Assembly: GCA_964035545.1 (NCBI GenBank)
Contig: OZ037773.1
Location: 5,919,751 to 5,983,750, forward strand
DNA length: 64,000 bases
Source: Bugula neritina
Lineage: Eukaryota > Animalia > Bryozoa
Reading direction: 5' to 3'
Shown: positions 17,520 through 29,827 of the stretch, one piece after another
Numbering within the stretch: position 1 is the stretch's first letter
Layout: every line of letters begins with the position of its first letter
Made by a program: the position numbers and the translations under genes
The notes under the pieces: generated by a model
The model's database searches: none
The model's input: the letters and a program-made list of their open reading frames with translations, nothing else
Told to the model about the DNA's origin: nothing

Positions 17520-20500
17520 ATGAACTGTTTACCATTCATAAAGCGAGTAGCAAATCTAAGATCTGTCGAGTTACAGACACCTTCTGACTTCAACAAGCAA
17601 GTCTTCTTCTCAGAGAAAAGGAAGCAGAGAAATTCTACAGATAGTGGGTTTAGTAGCACAACTGATGGCAATCACTTTGACCTTCACAGCACTAGAACAC
17701 CAATGTGGAGAAATTCAAGTAACTAATTATCAATTCTGCTGTATATGAGTCATGTTTCATTGTATTTTATTTGATGTTGATGGCTTGCATTGTATTGCAC
17801 AGCATTAATTCTCATGCACTACATTTGGCTACTTGTCCTATAGAGGTAAATGTCGTATAGAAGTATTTTAATACTTTTTATTATGCAGCCTCTGAAAGCG
17901 GGTCTAGTATTTCAACTGATGACTCAACCATTAAAGATGAGTGCTGTACCACAGGCTATGATGGCAGAAGACAACTCCACACGTATCTAGACCAAGTAAG
18001 CACTGTTTTTATTTCGTTCACTAGAATAAGTCACTTTTATACCTGAAACAACTGGTGAATTTTTCGTAACATCTTTGTTTAAATCTAGGAGGTTAAAAGG
18101 TCACTTTTTCACTGACAGCAGAAAAATTGTTACGATTTACCTGGGTTAGCCTTTAGCGCACCAATGTTTACATGTCAAGATGAGTTAGTGCAAACAAAGC
18201 AATGGTATAGTGTTGAAATAGAATTGTCTGTTTCGGCATTGATTTACATAGCGGTTATTTCTATTTAGTTGGAAAATATTTTACTCATGGGCTTCATAGC
18301 AGCACTAATACTAAAATCATTGTTACAAGAAATATTATAACGGAATCCAATTTTGATGCATGAATAAACTGGCACATTTCATAATTCACTAGTCTGAGCC
18401 CTTCTATTAGATAACTATAAAAATTAAAGGTGTGCCTTGAATTCATAAAATGGTGAGGAAAAATTCTATGCCTCATTAGTTGAAGTTAATTTTATAGCTT
18501 ATTATGCTCTACAAGGAATTCTATGTCAAAAGTTCACAAATAGCATACCAAGAAATATGTTATTTTGCACTATATCAAAGCGTAGCTGGCGACACAATTT
18601 TTTAACCCAAAGTGGCCTGTAGTTTTGTAGCATCAGCCACAGCTTAAAGATTGAGCATATAGATGCATTCATAGATCTGTGGTGAACACCAAAATCTTGT
18701 AATGTAGTTTAAAATTTAAAATATCAGATATTATATTGTTTATATAAATCATTTACAACATAACTTTTTGCAGTATAGCCCAGGTAAAACAGATATAGTG
18801 TGAAGAGCAATTTATATCTGACAAGTTGGTGGTTTTAATGCATACTTCACCATCTTCTAACTTTAGACAACAGAATAAAATATGTTACATTTGTGATGAA
18901 CTTAAAGTACATGAAGATTCCTTAGCTTGTCTCATGCATATGTAATCTGTTCTCATGATCTATAAATATGCATTTGTTATGTTAAAAAGCATCGGAATGC
19001 CATTAGAGGTTTAGTTGAAAAAAACCTGATGTGAAGCATAGATTAAAGCTGCAACTGGTTAGACCTGAAACCCCTATAAGTGGTAAAGGCTTTAAGCAGA
19101 CTATAAAAACTGTCTCCCTTACGCTGCTAGAAACTTGGCTTTCCAGAACCTCTGCTTGGAATGCAAGAGCAAGTGTCACCAGATTCCTGCTTGACATCAC
19201 CAGTGGCCCTGCAGGGGTACAAACCCCTAACCTGACTTTCACTAGGTCAGCACTTTAACCCACACTCCTTCTTTAGATTGAAACTGCGCCCACTTTTATA
19301 TAATTGCTCTTAGCAGCATCTTACATTGTAATATTAAGTTTATATTCAAATAGCTGCCACATACAACAATATGGTTGTCTACTGTAAAGAGAAATAAATT
19401 TTAAATTCATTCATAGATCTTGCATGGGAATTCTTGAACATTCCGATGGGTTTTGTGCATTTTCATAGCTACAATAGAAATGCAAATAAAAAGAGTTAAA
19501 TTAAACTAAGGTTTATGTTTTCTACTAAAAGTTACTTTGACATCAAATAACATGAACATATTCCTCTGCCAACTAAACTGACGATTTTGTGAATTTTACT
19601 CACCATATATTTTCATCAACAATTTTAATAAAAATGTTATTTATGAATAATTGGCTAACTGGTTTAAACTAAAATTCTAAACACGGTTGCACTTTACCGG
19701 CTGCACTATAGATTTCACCCTTATAGGTTACATAATATCATATAGATGGAGATTAAACAGATTTAAAAGAGCTGTAATCTTATTTGGCTAAAAATATATA
19801 ACTTAATTAAATTGGTAAAGTATAATCTCAACTGGTACTACCCGGGCTCATCTCACTAATGACAATTATTATTGCAAATTGCAATTCTAAGCAATAATCG
19901 GACCACAACAATACATATTGTTTGTTGATTAACTTCATAAGCTGGTGGTTATCTTGGTAATCCAGTATATTGAAGGCTAGCATAGCCATACCTATATTAC
20001 TCTTCATTTTCAAAGGTAAATTTACAGTCGAATTAGCATACAGATCTAAGATTATCAAAGACTGATGATTAAGATAGTCCAAGATCTTACAGCTAATTAT
20101 TTTCTAATACCATTTTGTGGTTTCAATAATCTTTCTGATAATTAAACAATGGCTACCAGTTTGCCTTAAAACTGTGAAGTATATGCCTTGTAATAGCAAC
20201 TATCCAAAAACTGCATTAATTTTATAGTTGAATTAATTTGAAGCTATAAAGTTGACTAGGCAAGCAAGCAGATGGTGTCTGTGGACAGACTTGGTTGGCT
20301 TATTTATAGAACTCTATAGAATATATGCTTTTGAGATAGTATTTTCCGCATAAAATATGAAATTATGAAATAATCATTGGCAATAGAACCTGTTTTTTTT
20401 ATAAAATTTTCATAAATGTTACAGCCACTTGAATTTCATTAAAACTAGTATAAATTGTTGAGCACTTCATGCGGAGGAGAATTGGACGGTGAGTTGGAAT

Positions 20501-23500
20501 ACGAAACTCCATACATGGCAGTGGGTCAAAATATCTTTCTGTACACGAGACCAGACCTCTCAAGCTATGCACTCCACATCATGTTATTCGTCAAAAACTG
20601 TCACTTTCTTTGCCAACATCTGTTTAATGGTTTTCATGGCTGTTTCAGCCTAAAATATTTCTAGAGAATATAGCTGCAGGTAGAATAAGCAGTTATATAT
20701 GATGTACTATTACATACAATAACATCTGTCTTCATGGAGACCAGGTTTTTTAACCAGTTTCAGTGAATAATGAAAAGTTCTAGTTTAATCATTTACTTGT
20801 GCAAAACCTTTCTACTGAAAGAGTTTTCTTAAGAGAAGTTAAATTCAATGAGTTTATAACAGATCTGTATGCAAACTATCTTAATACTCGAAAATCTTGT
20901 GTTTAATTCTTACATATTACGTAATGTACATTACTAAAAATACATATTATGCAAATGAGTATGATGAATTGCTTCCAACTGTGCAAGAATACCAGTTTTC
21001 AAACCTACTTCCTCTTTATCACAGCATAGGGTACCATGTTTATTGCAATTAAATAATAGAAAAAGCAACCTTTTACTAAAATATTATTTTTTTGTGATTC
21101 AAGCAACTTTTACATACATGTATAAAACTACAATTTGCATTTTTACAGCAAAATACTTCATCTGTAGTAATTTGAATGTTCTAGTGTCAACACTGTCAAG
21201 ATTTTGAATACAATTAAATACCAATACTCAATCAATTTATGAACTTTCAACAACTTGAAAAATTTGTTGAGAGTTGTCTTTTCATCTATAATGTGAATGC
21301 CTGCATAACCTCTTCGATTTTCTACCAAAATAAGCAGAATCCTTATAACAGCTGAATGGATGCTATATAGATTTGCTATGTGTTTCATAGACGGTGATTC
21401 TTTAACTCTAAACTGTAGAAATCTTATATAAGGATTTATTACTTTGTAGGCAAGTAAGACCTGGGATGACTCTACGGTGTTTAGCCTCAGCAACCAGAAA
21501 GAAATAGACATATACTTGGGTAAAGGTTTTGTTATTTTGCTTTAATAAACGAAACTATAATATAGAGCTTATATTTACAGTTGTGTTGAATATATATAAT
21601 TTGTTTTTGATTAAAAGATGGCAGCAGACAGTATATTGCAGTAATCTTGCATGACTATTTAATTCTAACTAAACCTTTGAAGTAAGCTGACTCAACATAT
21701 GGGTATACTTCATAATAAGCTTGCGATAAGCTCATTAATTTCTTGGAAAAGCCCTAGCATATTAGCATACTTATTAGTTTTCATGAGAAAAAACTTAGAA
21801 TTATAGTTGAGTAGCTTATTAGGATCTTTTAAAATTTTGAAATCCTCAAGCATATTTTACTAAAACATAACTTAAATCATAAATCATAAAATTGTATAGC
21901 AACTTTCTAATCTTTTGAGTACATCTTAATATCCAAATTATAACTTTAAATAGTATAAACTACAAATATTGCTCTATTATGTATGACAAAACAAGATGTT
22001 ATTTTTTAGATGGCACAAATGACTATATTGGAATCAGCATAGTTGGTCATAACTTTGAAAACGGAGATGCCAGTTTATTTATAGGAGCTGTGATTCCAGG
22101 GTAAACAATTTTTGTTTTTAAAGTTTAATTTTAAATAAATTTGGTTTAATTGATAGTCAAAATCTATGAGTCAGTGTAAGGAGAATTTTGTAAGAATTTC
22201 CATCTAGTAGAGAAAATGATGTCTATTCTTGCAGAGGAGCTGTTAGCCGAGACGGAAGAATACAAGCTGGAGATCTTCTTCTAGACATCAATGGTAACAG
22301 TTTAGATGGGATGTCGAGCAGAGATGCAGTGGCCGTGTTGAGGCAGGCAGTGCAGCATCGCAGGTAAAATAAAATTCATGTCTGACTAACTCTGAGAAAA
22401 AAAGTCCTCAAGAACAGGAGTTAGTCATGCTTCATTCTATAGTAAAGTATCGCGATTAATAACAAGTTTGCATCAACCTTAAAAATAAGTAAGAAAAGAT
22501 TCTTTTGAAAAAATGTGGTTTATTGTTGCACAGGAAAAGCCTCTCGTGTGAAATAAAACATATTTGTACCATGAATAATGCATTTTAGGTATCTTAAGTT
22601 AATCATTGAATGAAAACCAAGTTTGTAAAATCCTGATATAAATTTAGACATCAAATATTAACTAGTATAATTTATTAGGAATCCGCATGATCTAAAGTAT
22701 AGCGCACATTGCAGACAATATTGCAAATTGAGTTCAAAATTTAGATAAACTTGAGTAGCTGTTTTCAGAATGGTGACCTTGACCGTAGTTGGAAGTTGGG
22801 ATGATGAGAGTGTATACAGCGAGAGGAGCTGTGTGCGACCTATTGACCCCATGCAGTGGCTGGCTCATAACAATTTCATCTACAACCAATCTGCAGGCTT
22901 ACTTGGAAACCAGCAAAAATATTTCAACAGTAAATCACAGATGAGCATTGTCAGCAGCAGTTTATCTAGCAGCATGCCTAGCACCGCAGGTAAGTCTAGC
23001 ATCATGCACAGTTTACCTGCAACAAAGTCAATGTTCTAAGAAGCCTGCGCTATCGCATGCAAAAAGTATTTGACTGCAATTTACTATTTTTTGGTTCTTT
23101 AGTTGTTTGAGTGTTAATACAAAAAGTATCAGGTGTTTCACTCCCAAATAAAAGTTTTATTCAAACATTATGAGTTTTCAATTAAAATTACTTTCAACTT
23201 AAACTAAAGTGCAAAACCGTGACCATGCTTAGTCACATAAAGGAGCCATGACCTTTTTACTCGTGATAAACACTTATATACTCTGCATCCCTGCAATTTA
23301 TATTTCCCATAAACATGTTTTTGAAACTCGAAATATTTCTATTTTTAAATTAAATTGCATGACAACTGGTAGAGTTGAATCAAATATGACATGGAAGAGG
23401 CTTAATGGGTTAAATAAAGGGTTATTGCCTAGATTAAAGCTGCTTAACAAAGTTTCTAGGCACTGAATTCATCAACCAGGGAGTTTGGCAACTTCAAGTT

Positions 23501-25038
23501 TAAAAGAAAATTGGAAAAATTTACCAAATTTGGCAAAGTTTGCAAATTCACACATCTTCTTGACTAGCTATAATTATATATTTCAGGTGTGGCAATGAAG
23601 AATATTGTGTTGCCTATTATGTAATAAACCACATATCACACCCAAAATAGTTATTTTATTATACGATTGCCAAGTTTTAAGCTCTATGTCTGAAAATAGA
23701 ATGTTTTTATATTCTTTATGACAAGAAGCAGCATTTGATTGATTGCAGCAAGATATAGGTCAAAGTTTCACCAACAAGCCATGCCTCTAGAGACTCCAAC
23801 TGACATAGTTGCCAATAGACTTCGCCTTCACCTCATTGATCAAAGCAACAATACTCAAAAAGTTACTGGAAACCAGAAAAAATCCAAAACATCAATATTT
23901 GGTATAATTTCCACTTAATACTTTATTCTTTTATATTAAGGTCACCCAATATTTGTATTGGAGCATTAATCAATTAAACTGAATTTAAACTAATGCTTTG
24001 TGGTAGATATAATTGCAGGTTATTAATAATTTTTTTACATCTATAGTGCTAAGTTTAGTGAATCTTTTTGAAAGCATGAAAAGTTGCTGACCCATAAACA
24101 TCAGACCTCTAAGTTAGAAGCTTAGGCTAAAAGAAATCTACATGTAAAGTGTAAAATGATTTTGCCTTCTGTTTCTACTGATGAATTATTTATTTTTAGT
24201 GCCTTTTTTAAGCCTTCATAACAATGATGTCTACAGACTAAACACATTTAATTTGATAATGTATAAATAAAGTTGTAAGTAATTCACATTCAGTGTAATA
24301 GACCCGATATTATCACCCAACTATATAGTTAACAGTTTTCATATAGCTACTATTCTACAAACCATCACCAAATAATGACCTTTCTTAACAGGAGTTGACC
24401 TGCAGATGTGGTTGTATAGAAACCTGAGAGGGTTCAAAGATTTGGCAGAAGTTGAGAATTACGCAAGTCACATGATATCCAGTGATTATCTGGTGCCTGC
24501 TAGTAGCTACGCTTCTCCAACTTTGCCGAACGAGTTGGTTGAATTTAACAGACGAGAAACATACATAGTAAAAACCCGGCCTGTTAACAACAGTGAGTAA
24601 TTGGAGCATAAGCTCATATGTATATGTATACATGTATAGTATGATATTTATCATAATATATTCTGATTATTACATTATGCTGTTATAATGGATTTGTCAT
24701 ATTGATTGTATGACAAACCCTAATAACACATCTTAATCCCATGAAATTATTTTAACTTTTGATATATATTTATGTACATTAAACTTATAGTTACATACAT
24801 GTATAACTAGCTTCTGAATATTGAATGTAAGAATAACAAAAAAAGTAAAAATCAAAAAACTTCTTGAATGGTTACGTCTTTTACTTAAGGTTCAAGAGCA
24901 GCAACTCCAATATTATTAATGGCCCCTACAAATTCAAGGTCACCAGTTCAACCAAGTCACGCTCAGAAAGCTCGCCAAGATATACCGAGAAGCAATACAT
25001 ACATGTTTCAGCATAGACTGACTGAAAGCAGATTTTAG
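17520..25038 (+). CDS. dsh-like: Divergent Dishevelled-like protein (~439 aa): Ser-rich N-terminus, PDZ, Dvl RPIDP linker, degenerate DEP; no DIX domain found
   Basis: Exons 17520-17718, 17889-17995, 21450-21519, 22010-22100, 22235-22363, 22769-22989, 23749-23901, 24392-24592, 24890-25038 (1320 nt, phases consistent). PDZ: YIGISIVGHNFENGDASLFIGAVIPGGAVSRDGRIQAGDLLLDING..AVAVLRQAV..VTLTVVGSWD. Linker: VRPIDPMQWLAH. DEP-like: IFGVDLQMWLYRNLRGFKDLAEVENYASHMI. The first two exons are less certain than the PDZ-DEP exons. Confidence 0.82.
19040..19270 (-). mobile_element. Degenerate tRNA-derived SINE-like element in an intron of the Dvl-like gene
   Basis: Minus strand GGAGTGTGGGTTAAAGTGCTG...GGTTTGTACCCC resembles A/B boxes. 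It is followed by GGTGATGTCAAGCAGGAATCT, similar to the element at 57.6-57.8 kb. Confidence 0.4.
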
Positions 25039-26089
25039 TAGTTATTTAGTATAAAACACTGTTATTCAGACCTAGCTGTCATAGATACATAGATAGGTAC
25101 ATAAATATAGCATTGTGAGCTATAGCTACATCTGTAACTACACAATTTATTTATTAATTTAGAATAGTTATATTTTTTCACACTTTTTTATTCTTTTTAT
25201 TTGCAATAAATGTCAATTACTGTTTTAACATTTATTTTGTTTAGAAAACTTTATATTTTTTTTGTAAAGTTTGATAAATGCACTTATTATATTAGAATTA
25301 ATATATTTCAAGCACTTTCATTTAAAATACACATAAGTTTAACTAGTTGTATAATAATTACAAAAATCCATCAAAAAGAGGTATCTGCATTATATGTTTA
25401 AAAAATACTGGTATATTAAATTGAAACAATACAAATATATAGTGTAAATAGGAATTAAGTAAACATACATGCATATGTTAGAAATTCACAACTTTGCAAA
25501 TTGTAACAAATGTCAATTGTTGGCATTAAGGTACTGGGCTAACAATAAAACATTTATCATAATACATCTAATGATATTCACTTACAGTGAAACTATAAGT
25601 GTGGAATTTTATTATTTCTGATTTATATAAACAGTACTTCAAAGCATGTAAGTTTCTAGCAAGATAATTGCATCTATATAAGCAAGCACTTGTTATATAT
25701 TTCTATCTATAAGCAAGCACTTGTTATAATTATATTTCTATCTATAAGCAAGCACTTGTTACATACTCGTAACTCTATCTTCAGTCATTTGTCATCTTTT
25801 CAGACAGTGACTAAAATTATATGTAGCTTTCTACTTTTATACCAGTTTAACTTGGCATTTCAAAAGCTCTATATATAACTGTAGTTAGAAATAGAAACTA
25901 TAGCTATAAATAGAGTTTATTTATAAATGGAACTAAAAAATTATATAAGTATAATTTAGTAAAAGAAAGCATGTTTATCAATTAAGCTGAGTTATAAATA
26001 AAACTTTACTATAACATACATAAAACTAGATGTGGATAGATGCTAGCTATAAATAGCATTTATAAGATATCTATTAATAGCTTATATCA

Positions 26090-26161
26090 GAATTGTATCT
26101 ATTAATAGCTTATATCAGAATTGTATCTATTAATAGCTTATATCAGAATTGTATCTATTAA
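26090..26161. repeat. 29-bp tandem repeat, about 2.5 copies, just upstream of ATG 26186
   Basis: CTATTAATAGCTTATATCAGAATTGTATC repeated. Confidence 0.85.
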
Positions 26162-26185
26162 TTATAGCTCCAAATCTCAAGTAAG

Positions 26186-28304
26186 ATGGTGCCCCTCTCA
26201 ACCATCATCATCATACTTATTATCATACTCTCCGTTGTAGCTGTCATTGAGCTAATCTTTTGTATAGTGTAAGTATTTAATCATTCTCACATATCAACAC
26301 TTTTAAAGCAGTATAACGAAATAAAATATAGATTATTTCATCCAACATAATCAACCATTTTGACTATAGGCAGTCCACATTGTACATTCATCAACTAATA
26401 TAAAATTTACCAACTTTTAAGCTTTAAATCAGATAGTTTAGGTATATAATAATTTGTAAAGTTTTTTTTAAAAGTTGATCAGGCATTTGTTGAAACAAAG
26501 TACAATACATGTGTTGATGTATATATTCTTCAAAACATTTACATTCTAGCTGTATTGTATATACTCTTTGTACTATATTATATATATACCCATCTATGTT
26601 GTGTATATTCTTTGCTTTGTATATATCCATTTTTAGAAATGAGTTCTTCTATTTTGTTTTCTCAGAACTCGTTTTAAAGACAAATGCTTGTCATGCCACA
26701 GAAAAGTGAAGAGTGATGATGGGCATAGCAACCTAGTTCCATCTACATCCACAAATCAGTGAGTATAACATGATATGTGTGTGTGTGCGTGTGTGCGTGT
26801 GTGCGTGTGTGCGTGTGTGCGTGTGTGCGTGTGTGCGTGTGTGCGTGTGTGCGTGTGTGGTGTGGTGTGTGTGTGTTTTATTATGTTTTTTATATTTATA
26901 TATGATGTTTTAGGAAAAATCATAGAAAAGCTGATAAACCTTTAGCAACGTTGGAGGAATATTATGAAGATAAATATAATCTTAAAAAACAGCATGGTAA
27001 GATTTGAATAAAGACACTTAAAATACGATCTGTTCTTGATTTCTTGCACTCTATATGTCCAATATTTTCTCCTACAGAAAAGTTGTCAGTAAGATTATGT
27101 TTTGAAAATTTTGTTTACCTGTATAGATTTTTACAGTCAGTGCATTTTTTAAAGCTTTTTGTTAGTTTTAAAAATTATTGCTCAAGGGGCATCTATATCT
27201 ATGTTGAAAATGAAGTAAATAAGTTATCATAGATATTTTATATAAAAAGCTTGAAGCAGTGTACGATAACCTTTATTTTTATATAATATGATACTTTTGC
27301 ACTTTCGTCAATATTTCTTACTTATTTGTGAGATGTTACTGCAGAAGCTACCGTGTAGATAATTTTGACCTTATTAGTATAAGCTTTTGAGAAAATAAGA
27401 TTCGACAAATAGATAAGCACAGTAGTCATGTTAATTCAAATAAAATAACTTTTGAGTATATAGCTAAAGTCATCCCCCAATGCTTTATAAAGCTATATAT
27501 AAAATTTATCATTTGCAAAATAAGAATATATGTTTATTAAACAATAACTGTATTTTTTCAAAAACTTCTTTTCTAAACTCTCAAATTATCAGCTGCATAA
27601 TAAACTTATCTTTTAAAACTACAATAAAATTATATAACCAACTCCAAGATATAAACGGTTAGTCAAGTTACAAATCCGATAATAAAACTTAGTAAAAGTT
27701 TTAAAATCTTTATAATGTACTTTTGCTCACTAGATGGTTTAATTTAATGAATAAATAATATTGTTGTCTCATGTTTACATAGATTTATGTTAGGAGAGTT
27801 TGAATGATGTATGAAAAATAATTGCTAGTATAATATCAGCACCAAATACTTATAACTTTTTCAGCTGAAACCTATCAAGATTTAAAAGCTCCAAATAATG
27901 ATGAAAACCTGTACGAAACAGCACGCACATCTAGAGCTTCTGTAAACTTCTTTTCTCGTTCTCGTAATATGAAATCCAGCGATGTCTTTGCTCCCTCTAA
28001 AGTCTCTGTTGATTGGCTGAGACAACAATCTCAAAAAGAGGCTACAGGACAGTTCAAAGATCCAAGAGAAAGCTCCATAATTACAAAAAAATATTCTTCA
28101 GCCTTGAGAAATGTGATGAGAGAAGGAGAGGATAGGAAGTCTATTCAGCCATCTGTTGGTGAAGAAACCGCAACAGAAAGACGAAAAGTTAGAGTGAAAT
28201 CATTACGTAAATGTTCTAGCAAAAGTCAGGTTCAATCGCAGTCAGCTTCAGAGGTGCTGCGATCTTCATTTCCTTCTCCCACTTCTGCAGTAGTCAAAGT
28301 CTGA
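26186..28304 (+). CDS. Single-pass (type III) membrane protein, ~232 aa, with juxtamembrane CxxC and cytoplasmic Tyr motifs; adaptor-like orphan
   Basis: Exons 26186-26268, 26666-26758, 26914-26996, 27865-28304 (699 nt, phases 2/2/1 consistent). MVPLSTIIIILIIILSVVAVIELIFCIVTRFKDKCLSCHRK...EEYYEDKYNL...ETYQDL...ENLYETA...AVVKV*. Confidence 0.75.
26777..26875. repeat. (GTGTGC)n / (GT)n microsatellite
   Basis: Read directly. Confidence 0.95.
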
Positions 28305-28746
28305 CAGTAATCAATACTGTAACAGTATCGTAGTACCATATATTAACACAGTACATACAGTACAACAGTACCTCCGTGCCATAGTATCACAGTAGTTGTA
28401 CTACAGTATCACAATACCATATTAGTATTGAATAAATATACCTGCATTGGAGCTTGTGAAGTTAGCTAGCCTAATTGTATGCAACATCATAATAATAATA
28501 TATGTGCCCAGTTATAATAACATAAATTATCCTTGAAAATAAACAAGTTTATTGTATCAGCTTCATATTTGATGAATTTCACTTTTATATTACAACATAT
28601 TATTCTGAACTTCTATACCTGTATGATTATGTTTTAACTAAATAAAGCTTATTTGGAAAAAGAGATCATTGAAATGTAACCAACTGCCAGTCTATGTTTT
28701 ACTTATAGTTGATTATGCAATCTGAAGATACTTTGACCATGATAAG

Positions 28747-29577
28747 CAGGATTGGGTTCAATTACATGTGAATGTAATTAATTACAATTACGTAAAAGTT
28801 TGTCAATTACTATTACAATGACAGTTAAAAAGTAATGTAATGAATTACAATTACAATTATATGGCAATGTAATTAATTACAGTTACATGCACTTTTGTTC
28901 TCACAAGAGACAAATAGAAGTTATATAATCTCACACCTAGAGTGCAACTACCAGGGGCAATTTTGACAGTGGTAAACCTTCTTTGTTCTCAACAGTGACT
29001 AATAGGCTGATGTAATACTACATAGACTTAATCATGGGCTTTCCATGGATCGATCTCAGATCAATCTCAGCGAGACAATCAACAGCCAGAAATCAAAAGT
29101 AAAAGATCGATCTGAGACACGTGCTCAGATCAATCGTTTTTCCATGAGAGTGTCAGATCGATCTCGCGGAGTTGCCTCCTCTCAAGTGAAGAGTACTTTA
29201 ATAGTATAATTTTTTCACCCACCTAAGTGATAAAAGCTACTGCTGTTGAAAAACAAAATTTCCATAGTTTAAAATTTAACACCAGCTATAAACTCTGCGC
29301 AGTAAAGCTTTTAGTATGAAGTAATTTGGCCAATTTAAGATAATTAATTTTAATATTTTAGCTTGACAGCTTATATAAAATCTGAACTTGTTATTTAACA
29401 GTAGGCATGGTAGGAAAAGCATGAAATTTCTAAGATTTAAAAGTTGGAAGAAATAGACATGTAATTATAAAGTAGAATTTTGTAAAAATCAATTACATTA
29501 GATATGTAATTAATTACAATTACAACTAAAATTACATTTTTATACATCAATTACAAATTACAAATACCCCAACCCTG
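28747..29577. mobile_element. Non-autonomous DNA transposon (hAT-type MITE), 831 bp
   Basis: Termini CAGGATTGGG...CCCAACCCTG (imperfect TIR). Many subterminal AATTAC/GTAATT motifs at both ends. Flanking 8-mers ATGATAAG (28739-28746) and ATAATAAG (29578-29585) match 7/8, as expected for an 8-bp TSD. Confidence 0.75.
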
Positions 29578-29827
29578 ATAATAAGTATGTTTCGCAAATG
29601 CTATTGGTATTGTCAAGATCAATATCCAACTATTTATAACGCTGATGCATTACGTCAAGGCCAATTCATACAGACTCCTACTATAACAGACCCAAAACAA
29701 AACCACTTTATTCCCGGCAGCAAAACTAACAGGGGACATCAAGCAGAACTATATTAGTAATACGGTGGAAAACATTTCCAATGAAATTTTATTGTTTTAA
29801 ATTAACTTTTTTAAAACAAAAATTTAT

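Noticed and set aside
19828-21511. ORFs inside Dvl-like introns (19828..20082-, 20455..20664+, 21158..21511-) as a nested gene
   Set aside because: No recognisable motifs and no phase-consistent splice chain; 21158..21511 overlaps a true plus-strand exon.
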